Below, piece after piece: positions 41,854 through 52,537 of a DNA stretch of 64,000 bases (position 1 is the first letter of the stretch; each line of letters opens with the position of its first letter). The notes under the pieces are model-generated. The model was not told the origin of the DNA. It saw only the letters and a program-made list of their open reading frames with translations, and searched no databases. Made by a program: the position numbers and the translations under genes. Origin of the DNA: an uncultured Planctomycetia bacterium (lineage in GTDB: Bacteria; Omnitrophota; Gorgyraeia; Tantalellales; Tantalellaceae); the NCBI GenBank assembly GCA_964421015.1, contig CAYQUS010000002.1, forward strand, positions 72,538 to 136,537, in the 5' to 3' direction.

Positions 41854-42072
41854 ATGAAGGATAGAGTAAAAAAGGCGATAGAAAAGATAAGGCCGATGCT
41901 TCAGCAAGACGGAGGAGATATAGAGTTTGTATCGGAAGAGAAAGGTGTGGTGAAGGTCAGGCTTAAAGGGGCGTGTTCGGGTTGTCCCATGAGCCAGATG
42001 ACGCTCAAGGGGGCGGTGGAGAGGACTTTGAAAAAGGAAGTACCGGAGGTAATAAGCGTAGAAGCCGTCTAA
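41854..42072 (+). CDS. nfu: NifU-like (Nfu-type) Fe-S cluster scaffold domain protein
   Basis: 72 aa, CxxC (GACSGCP) Nfu motif. Start at the internal ATG with GAGAGGAG RBS rather than the track start. Confidence 0.75.
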   Translation: MKDRVKKAIEKIRPMLQQDGGDIEFVSEEKGVVKVRLKGACSGCPMSQMTLKGAVERTLKKEVPEVISVEAV

Positions 42073-42074
42073 TA

Positions 42075-42722
42075 ATGATACTCGGAAGAATTAATATGAT
42101 AACGCAAGCCGTAAAAAGATTTTTTAGTTCCGGGACAAAGGTGTCCCGGGAGAATCTTGTCAAACAACAAAAGAAAAAGATACGAGAACAAATACTGAGG
42201 CGTCTGGAGAAGATCTCTCCCCAACAAAGGGAGGAGAAGAGTTTCAGGATAACCGAAAAACTTCTTTCCTCGGGGGAGTTCGCTGACGCGTCGACGGTAA
42301 TGGTTTATGTTTCGCTGCCTCAAGAGGTAGACACCAGAGAGATAATCCAGGAGGCGCTGAAACAGGGCAAAAGGGTAGGGGTTCCGTACATGATCCCCGG
42401 GGGAAATAAAATGGTAGCCTCGGAGATAACTATGAATTACCGCTTGGAAAAGGGTCCTTTGGGCGTTTCTCAGCCCGCGGGCTCTGAGGTCAAAGCGATA
42501 CCTTTGGACGAGATAGATCTTGTTGTGGTTCCCGCGCTGGCGTACGACAAGGCCAACAGGCGCCTTGGCAGAGGGAAGGCTTTTTACGATTCCTTTCTCG
42601 CGGGAGCAAAGCCCGGGTCTATCAGGACAATAGGAATAGCTTTTGACGAACAAGTGGTGGAGAACCTCCCCCAGTCATCCCATGACATTCCCGTGGACAG
42701 GGTGATAACCGACAGGAACTGA
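42075..42722 (+). CDS. 5-formyltetrahydrofolate cyclo-ligase
   Basis: MTHFS family length (about 215 aa) and C-terminal GxGxGxYD motif (LGRGKAFYD). Confidence 0.8.
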   Translation: MILGRINMITQAVKRFFSSGTKVSRENLVKQQKKKIREQILRRLEKISPQQREEKSFRITEKLLSSGEFADASTVMVYVSLPQEVDTREIIQEALKQGKRVGVPYMIPGGNKMVASEITMNYRLEKGPLGVSQPAGSEVKAIPLDEIDLVVVPALAYDKANRRLGRGKAFYDSFLAGAKPGSIRTIGIAFDEQVVENLPQSSHDIPVDRVITDRN

Positions 42723-42773
42723 CGGTATTACCCGGCTAAATCTCCGTGACGCCCTTGAAAAAGGGGGCAACAG

Positions 42774-44345
42774 ATGAAAAACGAAATTTCGGCGCTATAC
42801 CTGGGATTCGCCGTTCTGGGCGGAGCCTTTTTGTTCTTTCTGGGATATGTTCTCAGAAAGTACACCGCCAAGATGAAGGTCAAAAGATCCGAAGATAAGG
42901 CCAGGACGATAATAAACAACGCTAAAGTAGAGGCGGAGAGAAGAAAGAGAGAGTCCCTTATCGAGGCCAAGGATATAACTCTCAAAATAAGGGCGGAGAT
43001 AGACGAGGAGACCAGGGAAAGGCGCAAGGAACTTGCCGCGATGGAAAAGAGGCTTTTGCAGAAAGAAGAGAACCTGGAAAAGAAAGTCGAGTACATAGAT
43101 CAGAGGGAAAAGAAAGCGGAAAAGGACGAGATGGTCTTAAGGACCAGATTTGACGAAATGAGGAAAAAAGAGGAAGAGGTACAGGCGGTAATAGCCCTCG
43201 AAAAACAGAAGCTTCAGGAGATCTCGGGAATGAGCAAGGAACAGGCCAAGGAGATGCTTGTGGCCAAAATGCAGCAGGAAGCCCGGGAGGAAGCCGCTTA
43301 CGAGATAAGAAAGATCCAGGAAGAGACCAGGGACAAGGCCGACCGGGAAGCGAGAAAGATAGTGGGGCTTGCCATCCAAAGATGCGCGGTCGACCATACC
43401 GTGGAATCGACGGTCAGCGTCGTCAATCTACCCAGCGATGAAATGAAAGGAAGGATAATCGGGCGAGAAGGAAGGAACATAAGGGCCCTGGAGATGGCGA
43501 CAGGAGTGGACGTCATAATAGACGATACTCCGGAAGCCGTTATAATCTCGGGATTCGATAAATTCAGAAGAGAGATAGCGAGGCTGTCGCTGGAACGGCT
43601 AATAGAGGACGGAAGGATACACCCGGGCAGAATAGAAGAGGTGGTGGAAAAAGTAAAAAAAGAAATGGAAGCGGAGATGAAAGAAGAAGGAGAGAACGCG
43701 CTTCTCGACCTTCGTATACACGGCGTTCACGCCGAGATAGTAAAGCTGCTCGGTAAACTGAAATACAGGACAAGTTACGGGCAGAACGTCCTCCAGCATT
43801 CCAAGGAGACGGCTTATCTAATGTCGGCTATGGCCGGAGAGTTGAGGCTGGACACGTCCCTTGCGAAAAGAATAGGCATATTGCACGATATAGGCAAAGC
43901 GGTTTCGCACGAAATGGAAGGGTCCCACGCCAAGCTCGGAGCAGATATTGCCCGAAAATACGGGGAACCCGATGTTGTTGCGCACGCGATAGAGGCGCAT
44001 CATGCCGACGTAGAACCCAAGACTCTTCTTGCCGTTCTTGTCCAGGCCGCGGACGCCATCAGCGCTTCAAGGCCGGGGGCAAGAAGGGAGACCCTGGAGT
44101 CTTACGTGAAAAGGCTCGAGGAACTCGAGGCTATAGCGAATCAGATGGAAGGGGTGGATAAGACATACGCCATACAGGCCGGAAGGGAAATAAGGATAAT
44201 AGTGCAGCCGGAAAAAATAGACGACGCCAAGGCCGCGGTAATGGCGATGGAAATAAGGAAAAAAATAGAAGCGGGAATGCAATACCCCGGGCAGATAAAA
44301 GTGGTAGTTATCAGGGAAACAAGGTCCGTGGAATACGCTAAGTAG
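42774..44345 (+). CDS. rny: Ribonuclease Y
   Basis: N-terminal TM, coiled coil, KH domain, HD domain (HSKETAY...HDIGK). Confidence 0.9.
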   Translation: MKNEISALYLGFAVLGGAFLFFLGYVLRKYTAKMKVKRSEDKARTIINNAKVEAERRKRESLIEAKDITLKIRAEIDEETRERRKELAAMEKRLLQKEENLEKKVEYIDQREKKAEKDEMVLRTRFDEMRKKEEEVQAVIALEKQKLQEISGMSKEQAKEMLVAKMQQEAREEAAYEIRKIQEETRDKADREARKIVGLAIQRCAVDHTVESTVSVVNLPSDEMKGRIIGREGRNIRALEMATGVDVIIDDTPEAVIISGFDKFRREIARLSLERLIEDGRIHPGRIEEVVEKVKKEMEAEMKEEGENALLDLRIHGVHAEIVKLLGKLKYRTSYGQNVLQHSKETAYLMSAMAGELRLDTSLAKRIGILHDIGKAVSHEMEGSHAKLGADIARKYGEPDVVAHAIEAHHADVEPKTLLAVLVQAADAISASRPGARRETLESYVKRLEELEAIANQMEGVDKTYAIQAGREIRIIVQPEKIDDAKAAVMAMEIRKKIEAGMQYPGQIKVVVIRETRSVEYAK

Positions 44346-44365
44346 TTATTCCGGGAGAAAATGAG

Positions 44366-45145
44366 ATGAGAGTACTTTTTATCGGGGACATAGTGGGCGA
44401 GGCCGGAAGGGAAATAGTCCGGAAAAAGCTCAGGGATCTCAGGCAGGAGAAAAAAATAGACGCCGTAATAGCCAACGCCGAAAATGCCGCCGGGGGAAGC
44501 GGGATCACCCAGAGAATAGCCGAAGAACTTAAAGAGTTCGGAGTTGACGTTATAACATCCGGGGACCATATCTGGAAAAAAAGAGAGATCTATGATTTTC
44601 TCACAAGATCCGATTTCGTGGTCCGTCCCGCGAATTATCCCGTTGGGGCTCCCGGTAGAGGCGCGACGATAGTAGAGATAAAAGGCAAAGGGCAGATAGG
44701 GGTGTTAAACCTTATGGGTAGGGTTTTCATGGAGGCGCTGGACTGCCCTTTCCGTAAAGCCGAAAAAGAAATAACGGAACTCAGGAAAAAAACGGCGGTG
44801 ATACTTGTTGATATGCACGCGGAGGCGACAAGCGAAAAAGTAGCCATGGGTTGGTTTCTGGACGGTAAGGTCACGGGAGTGGTAGGCACGCATACGCACA
44901 TACAGACCGCCGACGAGAAGATCCTTCCCGGGGGTACGGCGTACATAACCGACTGCGGGATGACGGGGCCTTACGACTCGGTCATAGGAAGAAAAAAGGA
45001 ACTCATAATAGAGAGGTTCCTGACACAGCTTCCCAATAAATTCGAGGTTGCCGACAGGGATATCCAGATGCACGGGGTCATGATAGACGTGGATACTTCC
45101 AGCGGGAAAGCGACGGCCGTTAAACGAGTGCAGGTGAAGGAGTAG
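44366..45145 (+). CDS. ymdB: YmdB-family 2',3'-cyclic-nucleotide phosphodiesterase (metallophosphoesterase)
   Basis: Near-collinear with B. subtilis YmdB (MRxLFIGDxVG...GNHxWDKKEI...DFHAEATSEK...GTHTHxQTAD). Conserved rny-ymdB pairing. Confidence 0.85.
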   Translation: MRVLFIGDIVGEAGREIVRKKLRDLRQEKKIDAVIANAENAAGGSGITQRIAEELKEFGVDVITSGDHIWKKREIYDFLTRSDFVVRPANYPVGAPGRGATIVEIKGKGQIGVLNLMGRVFMEALDCPFRKAEKEITELRKKTAVILVDMHAEATSEKVAMGWFLDGKVTGVVGTHTHIQTADEKILPGGTAYITDCGMTGPYDSVIGRKKELIIERFLTQLPNKFEVADRDIQMHGVMIDVDTSSGKATAVKRVQVKE

Positions 45146-45148
45146 AAA

Positions 45149-46423
45149 TTGCCCGGCAGGAAATCAAAAGAGAAATGTCCCGGGGAGATATACACGGTCA
45201 CCAGGCTGACCCGGGAAATAAAGGATGCGCTGGAAGGGAGTTTCCCCGAGGTGTGGGTCGAAGGAGAAATGACCAATTTCAAGCAGTACCCTTCCGGGCA
45301 CCTGTATTTCAGCTTGAAAGATGAGGCCAGCATCATAAACTGCGTTCTTTTCAAGAACAGCGCCGTCAAGCTGGGGTTCGTACCGGCAGACGGGGAAAAG
45401 ATGCTGCTCAAGGGAAGAGTCAGCCTATACGAAAAAAGAGGGCAATACCAGCTATATGTTTCCGAGATGGAGCCCCGGGGTAAAGGGGCTCTGCAGCTGG
45501 CGTTCGAACAGCTCAAGGAAAAGCTCAGGAAAGAGGGGCTTTTCGACGAAGAAAGAAAACGCGCGCTGCCACTTTTACCTTTCAGGGTTGGCGTTGTTAC
45601 CTCGTCCTCGGGCGCGGCGATAGAGGACATACTTAACGTCGCCAGAAGAAGGTTTGCAAATGTCGAGATAACTTTAAGGCCCGTAAAGGTGCAGGGAGAA
45701 GGCGCCAGGGAAGAAATAGCCGCAGCGATAGAAGAGTTCAACGAGTACAACGGGCTTATAGCAAAAGGGGAAATAAAGGAAAATCCGGTAGATGTTCTTA
45801 TAGTGGGGCGCGGAGGAGGGAGCCTTGAAGATCTTTGGGCTTTCAACGAGGAGGAAGTGGCAAGAGCGATATTCGCCTCCGATATCCCCGTGATAAGCGC
45901 GGTCGGGCACGAAGTCGATTACACTATATCGGATTTTACGGCCGACTTCAGAGCTCCCACGCCCTCGGCGGCCGCGGAACTTGTAATGCCGAAAAAAACC
46001 GATCTGGAAGAGGCCATCGAGTCTTTTACCGCCAGGATGACCGCGGCAGTCAGGTCGGCGGTAGGGATGAGAGAAAAGGAGCTGGGAGGAATAACGTCCA
46101 GGTATGTTTTAAAGGATCCGATGAACGTGTTCCTGCGGAAAGAGGAAGAGGTCGACGAGCTTCTTAAAGAGATGATATCCGCGGGACAGAGGCTCACGGA
46201 AGACAGAGAGAAAAGCATGGCAGGACTTGCCGGCAGGCTCAAAGCCCTCAGCCCTCTCGGGGTTCTTGAGAGGGGATACAGCATAACTTTTCTTCGGGGC
46301 GAGCCGCTTACGGATACCGCGGCGGCGCGGCAGGGCGACCATCTGGAGACCAGACTGGCCAGGGGAAGAATAACTTCCGTGGTTCAAAAGGTAGAAAGCG
46401 ACGCATCCGGGGAGGCGGAATGA
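45149..46423 (+). CDS. xseA: Exodeoxyribonuclease VII large subunit
   Basis: OB-fold N-terminus (IYTVTRLTREIKDALE) and catalytic core. Probable TTG start. Confidence 0.85.
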   Translation: MPGRKSKEKCPGEIYTVTRLTREIKDALEGSFPEVWVEGEMTNFKQYPSGHLYFSLKDEASIINCVLFKNSAVKLGFVPADGEKMLLKGRVSLYEKRGQYQLYVSEMEPRGKGALQLAFEQLKEKLRKEGLFDEERKRALPLLPFRVGVVTSSSGAAIEDILNVARRRFANVEITLRPVKVQGEGAREEIAAAIEEFNEYNGLIAKGEIKENPVDVLIVGRGGGSLEDLWAFNEEEVARAIFASDIPVISAVGHEVDYTISDFTADFRAPTPSAAAELVMPKKTDLEEAIESFTARMTAAVRSAVGMREKELGGITSRYVLKDPMNVFLRKEEEVDELLKEMISAGQRLTEDREKSMAGLAGRLKALSPLGVLERGYSITFLRGEPLTDTAAARQGDHLETRLARGRITSVVQKVESDASGEAE

Positions 46424-46644
46424 AGGACATTTCTTTTGAAAAGGCGTTTGAGACCCTCGAAAAGACGGTAGAGGAACTGGAGTCGGGAGGGTTCACCCTT
46501 GATACCGCGCTGAAGAAATATGAAGAAGGGATAAAGATGGCCCGGATATGCCAGGCTAAACTGGAAAAGGCCAAAGAAAGAATAGAGATACTGGTAAAGG
46601 AAAAGAACGGGAAATTCACGACCAGTAAGTTAGACGAGGAATAA
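46420..46644 (+). CDS. xseB: Exodeoxyribonuclease VII small subunit
   Basis: 74 aa helical protein (FExALxxLExIVxxLE), start overlaps the xseA stop. Confidence 0.85.
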   Translation: MKDISFEKAFETLEKTVEELESGGFTLDTALKKYEEGIKMARICQAKLEKAKERIEILVKEKNGKFTTSKLDEE

Positions 46645-46665
46645 ACAATAACTCCAGGGGAAAAA

Positions 46666-48558
46666 ATGGCGGGGAAGCTTCATAGCATGAGGTTGCCGGA
46701 GGGACTGAAAGAGCTTGGGGTAGACGAGCTTAAAGCTCTTGCCGGAGAGATCAGGGAAGAGATAATAAGGGTCACCTCGAAAAAAGGGGGGCACGTTGCC
46801 TCGAGCCTTGGAGCCGTAGAGCTGGCGGTGGCGCTGCATTACTGCCTGAACAGCCCCGAAGATAAGATAATCTGGGATGTGGGGCATCAGAGCTACGCTC
46901 ACAAGCTTCTTACCGGCAGGGCGGCGAGGTTCGAGACCCTGAGAGAAATGGGAGGGCTCAGCGGTTTTCCCAATAAGGATGAAAGTTCTCATGACCACTT
47001 CACTCTGGGACATAGCGCTACGTCAATATCCGCAGCCCTCGGTATGGCCAAGGCGCGGGACATAAAGAAAGAAAAATATAAAGTTGCCGCTGTCATAGGG
47101 GACGCATCTCTTTCTACGGGGCTGGCCTTTGAGGGGCTCAACCAGGCAGGACATATGGGGACGAGCATGGTGGTCGTGCTTAACGATAACGAGCACTCCA
47201 TATCAAAGCCCGTGGGCGCGATGAGCAAGTACCTGACATCTCTTATGGCCAACCCTCTCTACAACAAAGTTAAAGAGGAAACCGAGAAAGCCGTAAAAGG
47301 TATCCCCAGGCTGGGCCCGCAGGCGCACAAGGCTATCAAAAAATTTAACGAGGGGTTGAAGAACCTGCTGGTACCCGGGATACTTTTCGAGGAACTCGGG
47401 TTCAGGTATTTCGGCCCCATAGACGGGCATGATCTGGGTCAGCTTATCGCCGTCATGAGCAGGATATTCACTCTCAAGGAACCGGTTTTGCTGCACACCA
47501 TAACCCGAAAAGGAGAGGGATACCGTTTTGCCAGGAGCAACCCCGTGAAATTCCACGGGGTTTCGGGATATGACGAGGAGTCAGGCGAAATAAAAAAAGA
47601 AGGAGCGAAAGGAGAAAAGCATTTCACGGCATTTTTCGGGGAAAAGATCCTGGAGCTCGGCGGAAAGAACAGGGATGTAGTCGCTATAACCGCCGCCATG
47701 ACAGACGGAACGGGGCTGGTGGGTTTCGCTGAAAAGTTCCCGGACCGGTTTTACGACGTGGGGATAACCGAACCGCACGCCGTTACCTTCGCGGCGGGAC
47801 TGGCCAGGGGAGGGCTAAGGCCGGTGGTGGCGATATATTCCACTTTTCTGCAAAGGGGGTACGACCAGCTTCTCCACGACATAGCTTTACAGAAGCTGCC
47901 GGTCGTGTTCTGTCTCGACAGGGCCGGTATAGTGGGCAAAGACGGGCCGACGCATCACGGGGTGTTCGATATAAGCTTCATGAAAAGTCTTCCGGGGTTC
48001 GTGGTCATGGCTCCCAAAGACGGGAGGGAACTAGAAGAGATGCTTGAGAAAGCTCTTCTCTGGGAAGTCCCGGTATCAATAAGGTACCCGAGAGATATAG
48101 CCGGGGAAATAGTCCCGGCGTCGTCATGCGCTCCGCTTAAATTAGGGTTTTCCGAAAAACTGAGAAAGGGAAAAGACGCCGCGGTGATAGCGGTCGGGAG
48201 CATGGTCAACTCCTGCCTCAAGGCGGCCGATATCCTCTCTCACGAGGGTATAGAGATAGAGGTGATAAACTCAAGGTTCATCAAACCTCTGGATAAAGAA
48301 ATGATAGAAGAGACAGCGTCAAGTTTCAGGTATATTTTCACGGCCGAGGAAGGGATTGCGGACGGCGGGTTTGGGTCGGCGGTGCTGGAATTCTGCGAGA
48401 GAGAGAACATACCGACGTCTAAAATAAAAAGAATAGCGCTCCCGGACGAGTTCATAGAGCATGGGTCGAGGGAAGAACTTTTAAGGAAATATCATCTTGA
48501 TCCCGCGGGGATAGCCGGGATGATCCGAGCGGAGATAAGAGAGCGCCATGGGAAATGA
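46666..48558 (+). CDS. dxs: 1-deoxy-D-xylulose-5-phosphate synthase
   Basis: TPP-binding GDG...N motif and transketolase-like domains, 630 aa. Confidence 0.95.
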   Translation: MAGKLHSMRLPEGLKELGVDELKALAGEIREEIIRVTSKKGGHVASSLGAVELAVALHYCLNSPEDKIIWDVGHQSYAHKLLTGRAARFETLREMGGLSGFPNKDESSHDHFTLGHSATSISAALGMAKARDIKKEKYKVAAVIGDASLSTGLAFEGLNQAGHMGTSMVVVLNDNEHSISKPVGAMSKYLTSLMANPLYNKVKEETEKAVKGIPRLGPQAHKAIKKFNEGLKNLLVPGILFEELGFRYFGPIDGHDLGQLIAVMSRIFTLKEPVLLHTITRKGEGYRFARSNPVKFHGVSGYDEESGEIKKEGAKGEKHFTAFFGEKILELGGKNRDVVAITAAMTDGTGLVGFAEKFPDRFYDVGITEPHAVTFAAGLARGGLRPVVAIYSTFLQRGYDQLLHDIALQKLPVVFCLDRAGIVGKDGPTHHGVFDISFMKSLPGFVVMAPKDGRELEEMLEKALLWEVPVSIRYPRDIAGEIVPASSCAPLKLGFSEKLRKGKDAAVIAVGSMVNSCLKAADILSHEGIEIEVINSRFIKPLDKEMIEETASSFRYIFTAEEGIADGGFGSAVLEFCERENIPTSKIKRIALPDEFIEHGSREELLRKYHLDPAGIAGMIRAEIRERHGK

Positions 48559-48772
48559 AAAAGTGACGATAAAAATAGACAGCGAAAAGTGCAAGGGGTG
48601 CCTGCTTTGCGTGAAAGTATGCCCGAGGGGGGTTATACGGCAGGCTGACGGCGTGAACAGTTCAGGGCAGAGATACGTAGTGGTGGATGACCCCGAAAAA
48701 TGCGTAGGATGCGGGCTTTGTTTTATCATGTGCCCCGACTGCGCCATAGAGATAGAAAAACTCACTCAATGA
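48548..48772 (+). CDS. 2-oxoacid:ferredoxin oxidoreductase delta subunit (2x[4Fe-4S] ferredoxin)
   Basis: Two CxxCxxCxxxCP motifs in 74 aa. Overlaps the dxs stop. Confidence 0.75.
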   Translation: MGNEKVTIKIDSEKCKGCLLCVKVCPRGVIRQADGVNSSGQRYVVVDDPEKCVGCGLCFIMCPDCAIEIEKLTQ

Positions 48773-48781
48773 GGTAACGGG

Positions 48782-49888
48782 ATGAAATCTAAAAGATCCG
48801 CGAAAACGGCAAAAAGGTATCTTTCCTCGGGTAATGAGGCTTGCGGGGAAGGCGCGATAAGGGCCGGATGCGCTTTTTACGCGGGGTATCCTATAACCCC
48901 GCAGAACGAGCTTACCGCCTATATGTCAAGACGCATGGAGGAAACAGGCGGAGTTTTTATCCAGGCGGAAAGCGAGATCGCGGCTATAAGCATGGTACAC
49001 GGCGCCGCGGCCGCCGGGGCTAGGGCGATGACAAGTTCATCAAGCCCCGGGATAAGCCTTAAACAGGAAGGGATATCTTATCTTGCCGGGACCGAACTTC
49101 CCTGTGTTATCGTGAACGTTATGAGAGGAGGGCCCGGGCTCGGGAATATATCTCCTTCTCAGGGGGATTATTTTCAGGCCACTAAAGGAGGAGGTCACGG
49201 GGACTACCGTCTCATCGTCCTTGCTCCGTCCACGGCGCAGGAGATGTTCGATTTTACATACAGGGCGTTCGCGCTTGCCGAAAAGTATACCAACCCCGTA
49301 ATGATCCTTTCCGACGGGATGCTGGGCCAGATGATGGAGCCGGTGGAGATCTCTCCCTCGATAAAACCCCAGCCCCTCGGGCAAAGGCCATGGGCCCTTA
49401 CTGGAGCCCGGGGAAGGGGATCCAGGAGCAAGAAAAGCATGCTTCTTGTCCCGCCGGTCTTAGAAGAACACAATAACCGCCTGCAGGAAAAATACCGAAG
49501 AATAGAGAAAAAGGAAATAGAATTCGAAGAGTACAGGACAGCCGGGGCGGAAGTGGTGATCTGCGCTTACGGATGCGTCGCCAGGATAGCCAGAGCCGCG
49601 GTTGACGCGTTAAGGGCCGGGGGAATAAAAGCGGGGCTTTTCAGGCCCATAACACTGTGGCCTTTCCCAAAACAGGCTCTCGCGAAACTGGCCGCCTCCG
49701 GGAAGCGGTTTCTTGTCGTGGAAATGAGCGCCGGGCAGATGGTGGAAGACGTTAAACTCTCGGTTGAAGACTCTTCCAGAGTATCCTTCTACGGCAGAAT
49801 GGGAGGGGGGATCCCGGAAGAAAAAGAGATCATGCGCCTGGCGGAAGCCTGTGCCGGGAAGAAAAGCAAAAGGAAAAAGCGAGGGTAA
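48782..49888 (+). CDS. 2-oxoacid:ferredoxin oxidoreductase alpha subunit
   Basis: GYPITP motif and transketolase-C-like domain. Confidence 0.85.
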   Translation: MKSKRSAKTAKRYLSSGNEACGEGAIRAGCAFYAGYPITPQNELTAYMSRRMEETGGVFIQAESEIAAISMVHGAAAAGARAMTSSSSPGISLKQEGISYLAGTELPCVIVNVMRGGPGLGNISPSQGDYFQATKGGGHGDYRLIVLAPSTAQEMFDFTYRAFALAEKYTNPVMILSDGMLGQMMEPVEISPSIKPQPLGQRPWALTGARGRGSRSKKSMLLVPPVLEEHNNRLQEKYRRIEKKEIEFEEYRTAGAEVVICAYGCVARIARAAVDALRAGGIKAGLFRPITLWPFPKQALAKLAASGKRFLVVEMSAGQMVEDVKLSVEDSSRVSFYGRMGGGIPEEKEIMRLAEACAGKKSKRKKRG

Positions 49889-49889
49889 A

Positions 49890-50627
49890 GTGAATAAGAA
49901 GTTTTCGAGACCGGTATCCATGAAGCCGGCGGCTAACCACTACTGTCCGGGATGCGGGCACGGGATAGTCCACAGGCTTGTATGCGAGGTAATAGATGAG
50001 CTCGATGTACGGGAAAGGACAATAGCTGTGGCTCCGGTGGGGTGTTCGGTGCTGGCGTACGATTACTGGGATTTCGACACGCTGGAGGCCGCTCACGGCA
50101 GGACCCCTGCGGTAGCTACGGGGATAAAGAGGGTCCTCCCTGACAGGCTGGTATTTACTTATCAGGGAGATGGCGACCTGGCCGCGATAGGCACCGCCGA
50201 AATAATCCATGCGGGAAACCGCGGAGAAAACATATCGGTAGTTTTTGTCAATAACGGCGTGTACGGCATGACCGGCGGACAGATGGCGCCTACCACGCTT
50301 ATTGGGCAGACAACCGCTACTTCGCAGTACACAAGAAGGGCTGCAAAAGAAGGGTTTCCCATAAAGATACTCGAGATGATGTCTCATCTTACCGGAGTGG
50401 TATACCTCGAGAGAACATCCGTGCATTCGCCCGGCGAGGTCCTTAAAACAAAAAGAGCCATAAAAAAGTCTTTCGAGACCCAGCTTGCGGGGAAAGGGTT
50501 TTCGATGGTAGAGGTCCTTTCCCCATGCCCCACTTACTGGGGGCTCAGTCCGGAAAAGTCCATGGAAAGAATAGAAAAAGAGGTAGGGAAAGAATACCCC
50601 CTCGGCGTGGTCAAGTGCGTTGTGTAA
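49890..50627 (+). CDS. 2-oxoacid:ferredoxin oxidoreductase beta subunit (TPP-binding)
   Basis: CPGCGHG and GDGD TPP motifs. Preferred GTG start 1 nt after the alpha stop, with GAGGG RBS. The track ORF starts 126 nt earlier, inside alpha. Confidence 0.85.
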   Translation: MNKKFSRPVSMKPAANHYCPGCGHGIVHRLVCEVIDELDVRERTIAVAPVGCSVLAYDYWDFDTLEAAHGRTPAVATGIKRVLPDRLVFTYQGDGDLAAIGTAEIIHAGNRGENISVVFVNNGVYGMTGGQMAPTTLIGQTTATSQYTRRAAKEGFPIKILEMMSHLTGVVYLERTSVHSPGEVLKTKRAIKKSFETQLAGKGFSMVEVLSPCPTYWGLSPEKSMERIEKEVGKEYPLGVVKCVV

Positions 50628-50648
50628 AAAAGTTGTTCGGAGGAAAGA

Positions 50649-51230
50649 ATGGTTGGCGGAAGAGTGGATGAGAGGATAATATGCGCGGGGTTCGGAGGGC
50701 AGGGAATAATGGTCATGGGAAAGGTCCTTGCCGAGGCCGCCATGCTGAGCGGGTTTAACGTGACATGGATGCCGGCATACGGGGCCGAGGTTAGAGGAGG
50801 AACGGCTTACGCCATGGTGAGGTTCAGCGATTCTCTCGTGGCCAATCCCGTGGTGGAAAAAGCCGGAACGGCTATAATTATGAACGGGCCCTCTATGGAA
50901 AAGTTCATTTCCTCGGTAGAACCGGGAGGACTGGCCGTGGTGAATACTTCGCTCGTGGCCGGAGAAATCAAAAAACGCGGGCTTGATATCCAGGCGCACC
51001 CCATCACCGAAGAAGCGATAAAGCTGGGTAATGTGAAAGTAGCCAACATGATAGCCGCAGGCATTTACGCGGCCCGGAAAAAACTTCTGGATCCCGGAGT
51101 TCTCCGCGAAACCATAAAAATAATGGCGGGCGAAAGAGAGGAAATAATCCCCGTGAACATAAAAGCCCTTGAAAGAGGGCTAGAGCTTGGATGCGGGAAG
51201 AAGCTCGCGTCAAGGGAAGGGAAAAAATGA
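50649..51230 (+). CDS. 2-oxoacid:ferredoxin oxidoreductase gamma subunit
   Basis: ICAGFGGQG motif. Substrate specificity (pyruvate, 2-oxoglutarate or 2-ketoisovalerate) not assignable from sequence. Confidence 0.85.
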   Translation: MVGGRVDERIICAGFGGQGIMVMGKVLAEAAMLSGFNVTWMPAYGAEVRGGTAYAMVRFSDSLVANPVVEKAGTAIIMNGPSMEKFISSVEPGGLAVVNTSLVAGEIKKRGLDIQAHPITEEAIKLGNVKVANMIAAGIYAARKKLLDPGVLRETIKIMAGEREEIIPVNIKALERGLELGCGKKLASREGKK

Positions 51231-52507
51231 TCAACGTACGCTTCGCTCCGAGCCCCACAGGGTTTTTGCATCTGGGCAGCGCGAGAACGGCTCTTTTCAA
51301 CTGGCTTTACGCCCGTCACACCGGCGGGAGGTTCCTTCTTAGGATAGAGGACACCGACAAGGTGCGGTCGGAAAAGAGGTTCCTCGATGAGATCCTGGAT
51401 GACCTTAAATGGATAGGTATAGACTGGGACGATGAGCCTGTTTTCCAAAGCAGCAGATTTGACGTGTACAGGGCCAAGGCCGAGGAGCTGGTCGCCAGAG
51501 GAAAAGCCTACAGGGAAGGAGAGGCGCTGATATTCAGGGTGGAGAAAGGCCGGGTAATAGAGGTTGAGGACATGATACACGGCAGAATAACTTTCAACAC
51601 CGACGAGATAAAAGACCAGGTAATGATAAAGTCGGACGGTTCCCCGGCGTATAATTTCTGCTGCGTCGTGGATGACTCCGAACTGGGGATAACCCACATA
51701 ATAAGAGGCGATGACCACTTATCGAACACACCGAAACAGGTGCTTTTCTACGAGGCTATGGGAAAGGCTCTACCCAGTTTCGCCCACATACCTCTCATGA
51801 TGGGGCAGGACGGGTCCAAACTGTCCAAAAGGCACGGCGCGGTTTCCGTCGAGGATTACCGCAAAGAAGGCTACCTGCCCGAAGCGCTGGTGAATTATCT
51901 TACGCTTCTCGGGTGGAATCCCGGGGGAGAAAGAGAGATACTTACCAGAGAAGAAACGGTGAAGCTTTTCGACGTGAAGGACATGAGCGACGTTCAAGCC
52001 AAGTTCGACACGGCCAAACTGAAATGGATAAACTCGGAGTACATAAAGGCCAGGGAGGCGAAGGATCTTCTGCCGGAGGTAAAGAGGCAGTTTGTCAGAG
52101 CGGGGTACAGCCTTGATGAAGCTTCCGATGAAAAGCTTCTCAGGATAATCGATCTTTACAAGGTAAGGGTCAAAATCCTGAGCGAATACCCTGTTATGGC
52201 CGGATGTTTTTTCAGGGACGATTACGAGACAGAGGAAAAAGGGGCGAAAAAATATCTCTCGCCCGGGAATTTCAGGGAAAACCTCCGGGATTTCGCCGCG
52301 AAAATAGAAAAAACTGCAAGCTTCTCCGCGGAAGAACTTGAGAGCGCCTGCCGGGAGCTTGCCGAGGAGAAGGGGATAAAGGCCGGAGACGTAATACACC
52401 CCACGAGAATGGCCATAAGCGGCACTACGCAGGGAGCCGGACTTTTTGAGATGATGGAGGTCCTTGGCAAGGATAAGGTCCTTGAAAGGATGAAAAGATC
52501 TTTTTGA
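51227..52507 (+). CDS. gltX: Glutamyl-tRNA synthetase
   Basis: Class I HIGH (PSPTGFLHLGSA) and KMSKS (KLSKR). Start ATG overlaps the gamma-subunit stop (ATGA). Compact 426 aa. Confidence 0.9.
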   Translation: MINVRFAPSPTGFLHLGSARTALFNWLYARHTGGRFLLRIEDTDKVRSEKRFLDEILDDLKWIGIDWDDEPVFQSSRFDVYRAKAEELVARGKAYREGEALIFRVEKGRVIEVEDMIHGRITFNTDEIKDQVMIKSDGSPAYNFCCVVDDSELGITHIIRGDDHLSNTPKQVLFYEAMGKALPSFAHIPLMMGQDGSKLSKRHGAVSVEDYRKEGYLPEALVNYLTLLGWNPGGEREILTREETVKLFDVKDMSDVQAKFDTAKLKWINSEYIKAREAKDLLPEVKRQFVRAGYSLDEASDEKLLRIIDLYKVRVKILSEYPVMAGCFFRDDYETEEKGAKKYLSPGNFRENLRDFAAKIEKTASFSAEELESACRELAEEKGIKAGDVIHPTRMAISGTTQGAGLFEMMEVLGKDKVLERMKRSF

Positions 52508-52537
52508 GAAAATGAATTGAATCCGAGGCTTGGAAAG

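Noticed and set aside
49830-50999. 389-aa minus-strand ORF
   Set aside because: Antisense to the oxidoreductase beta and gamma subunit genes, which have clear TPP and family motifs.
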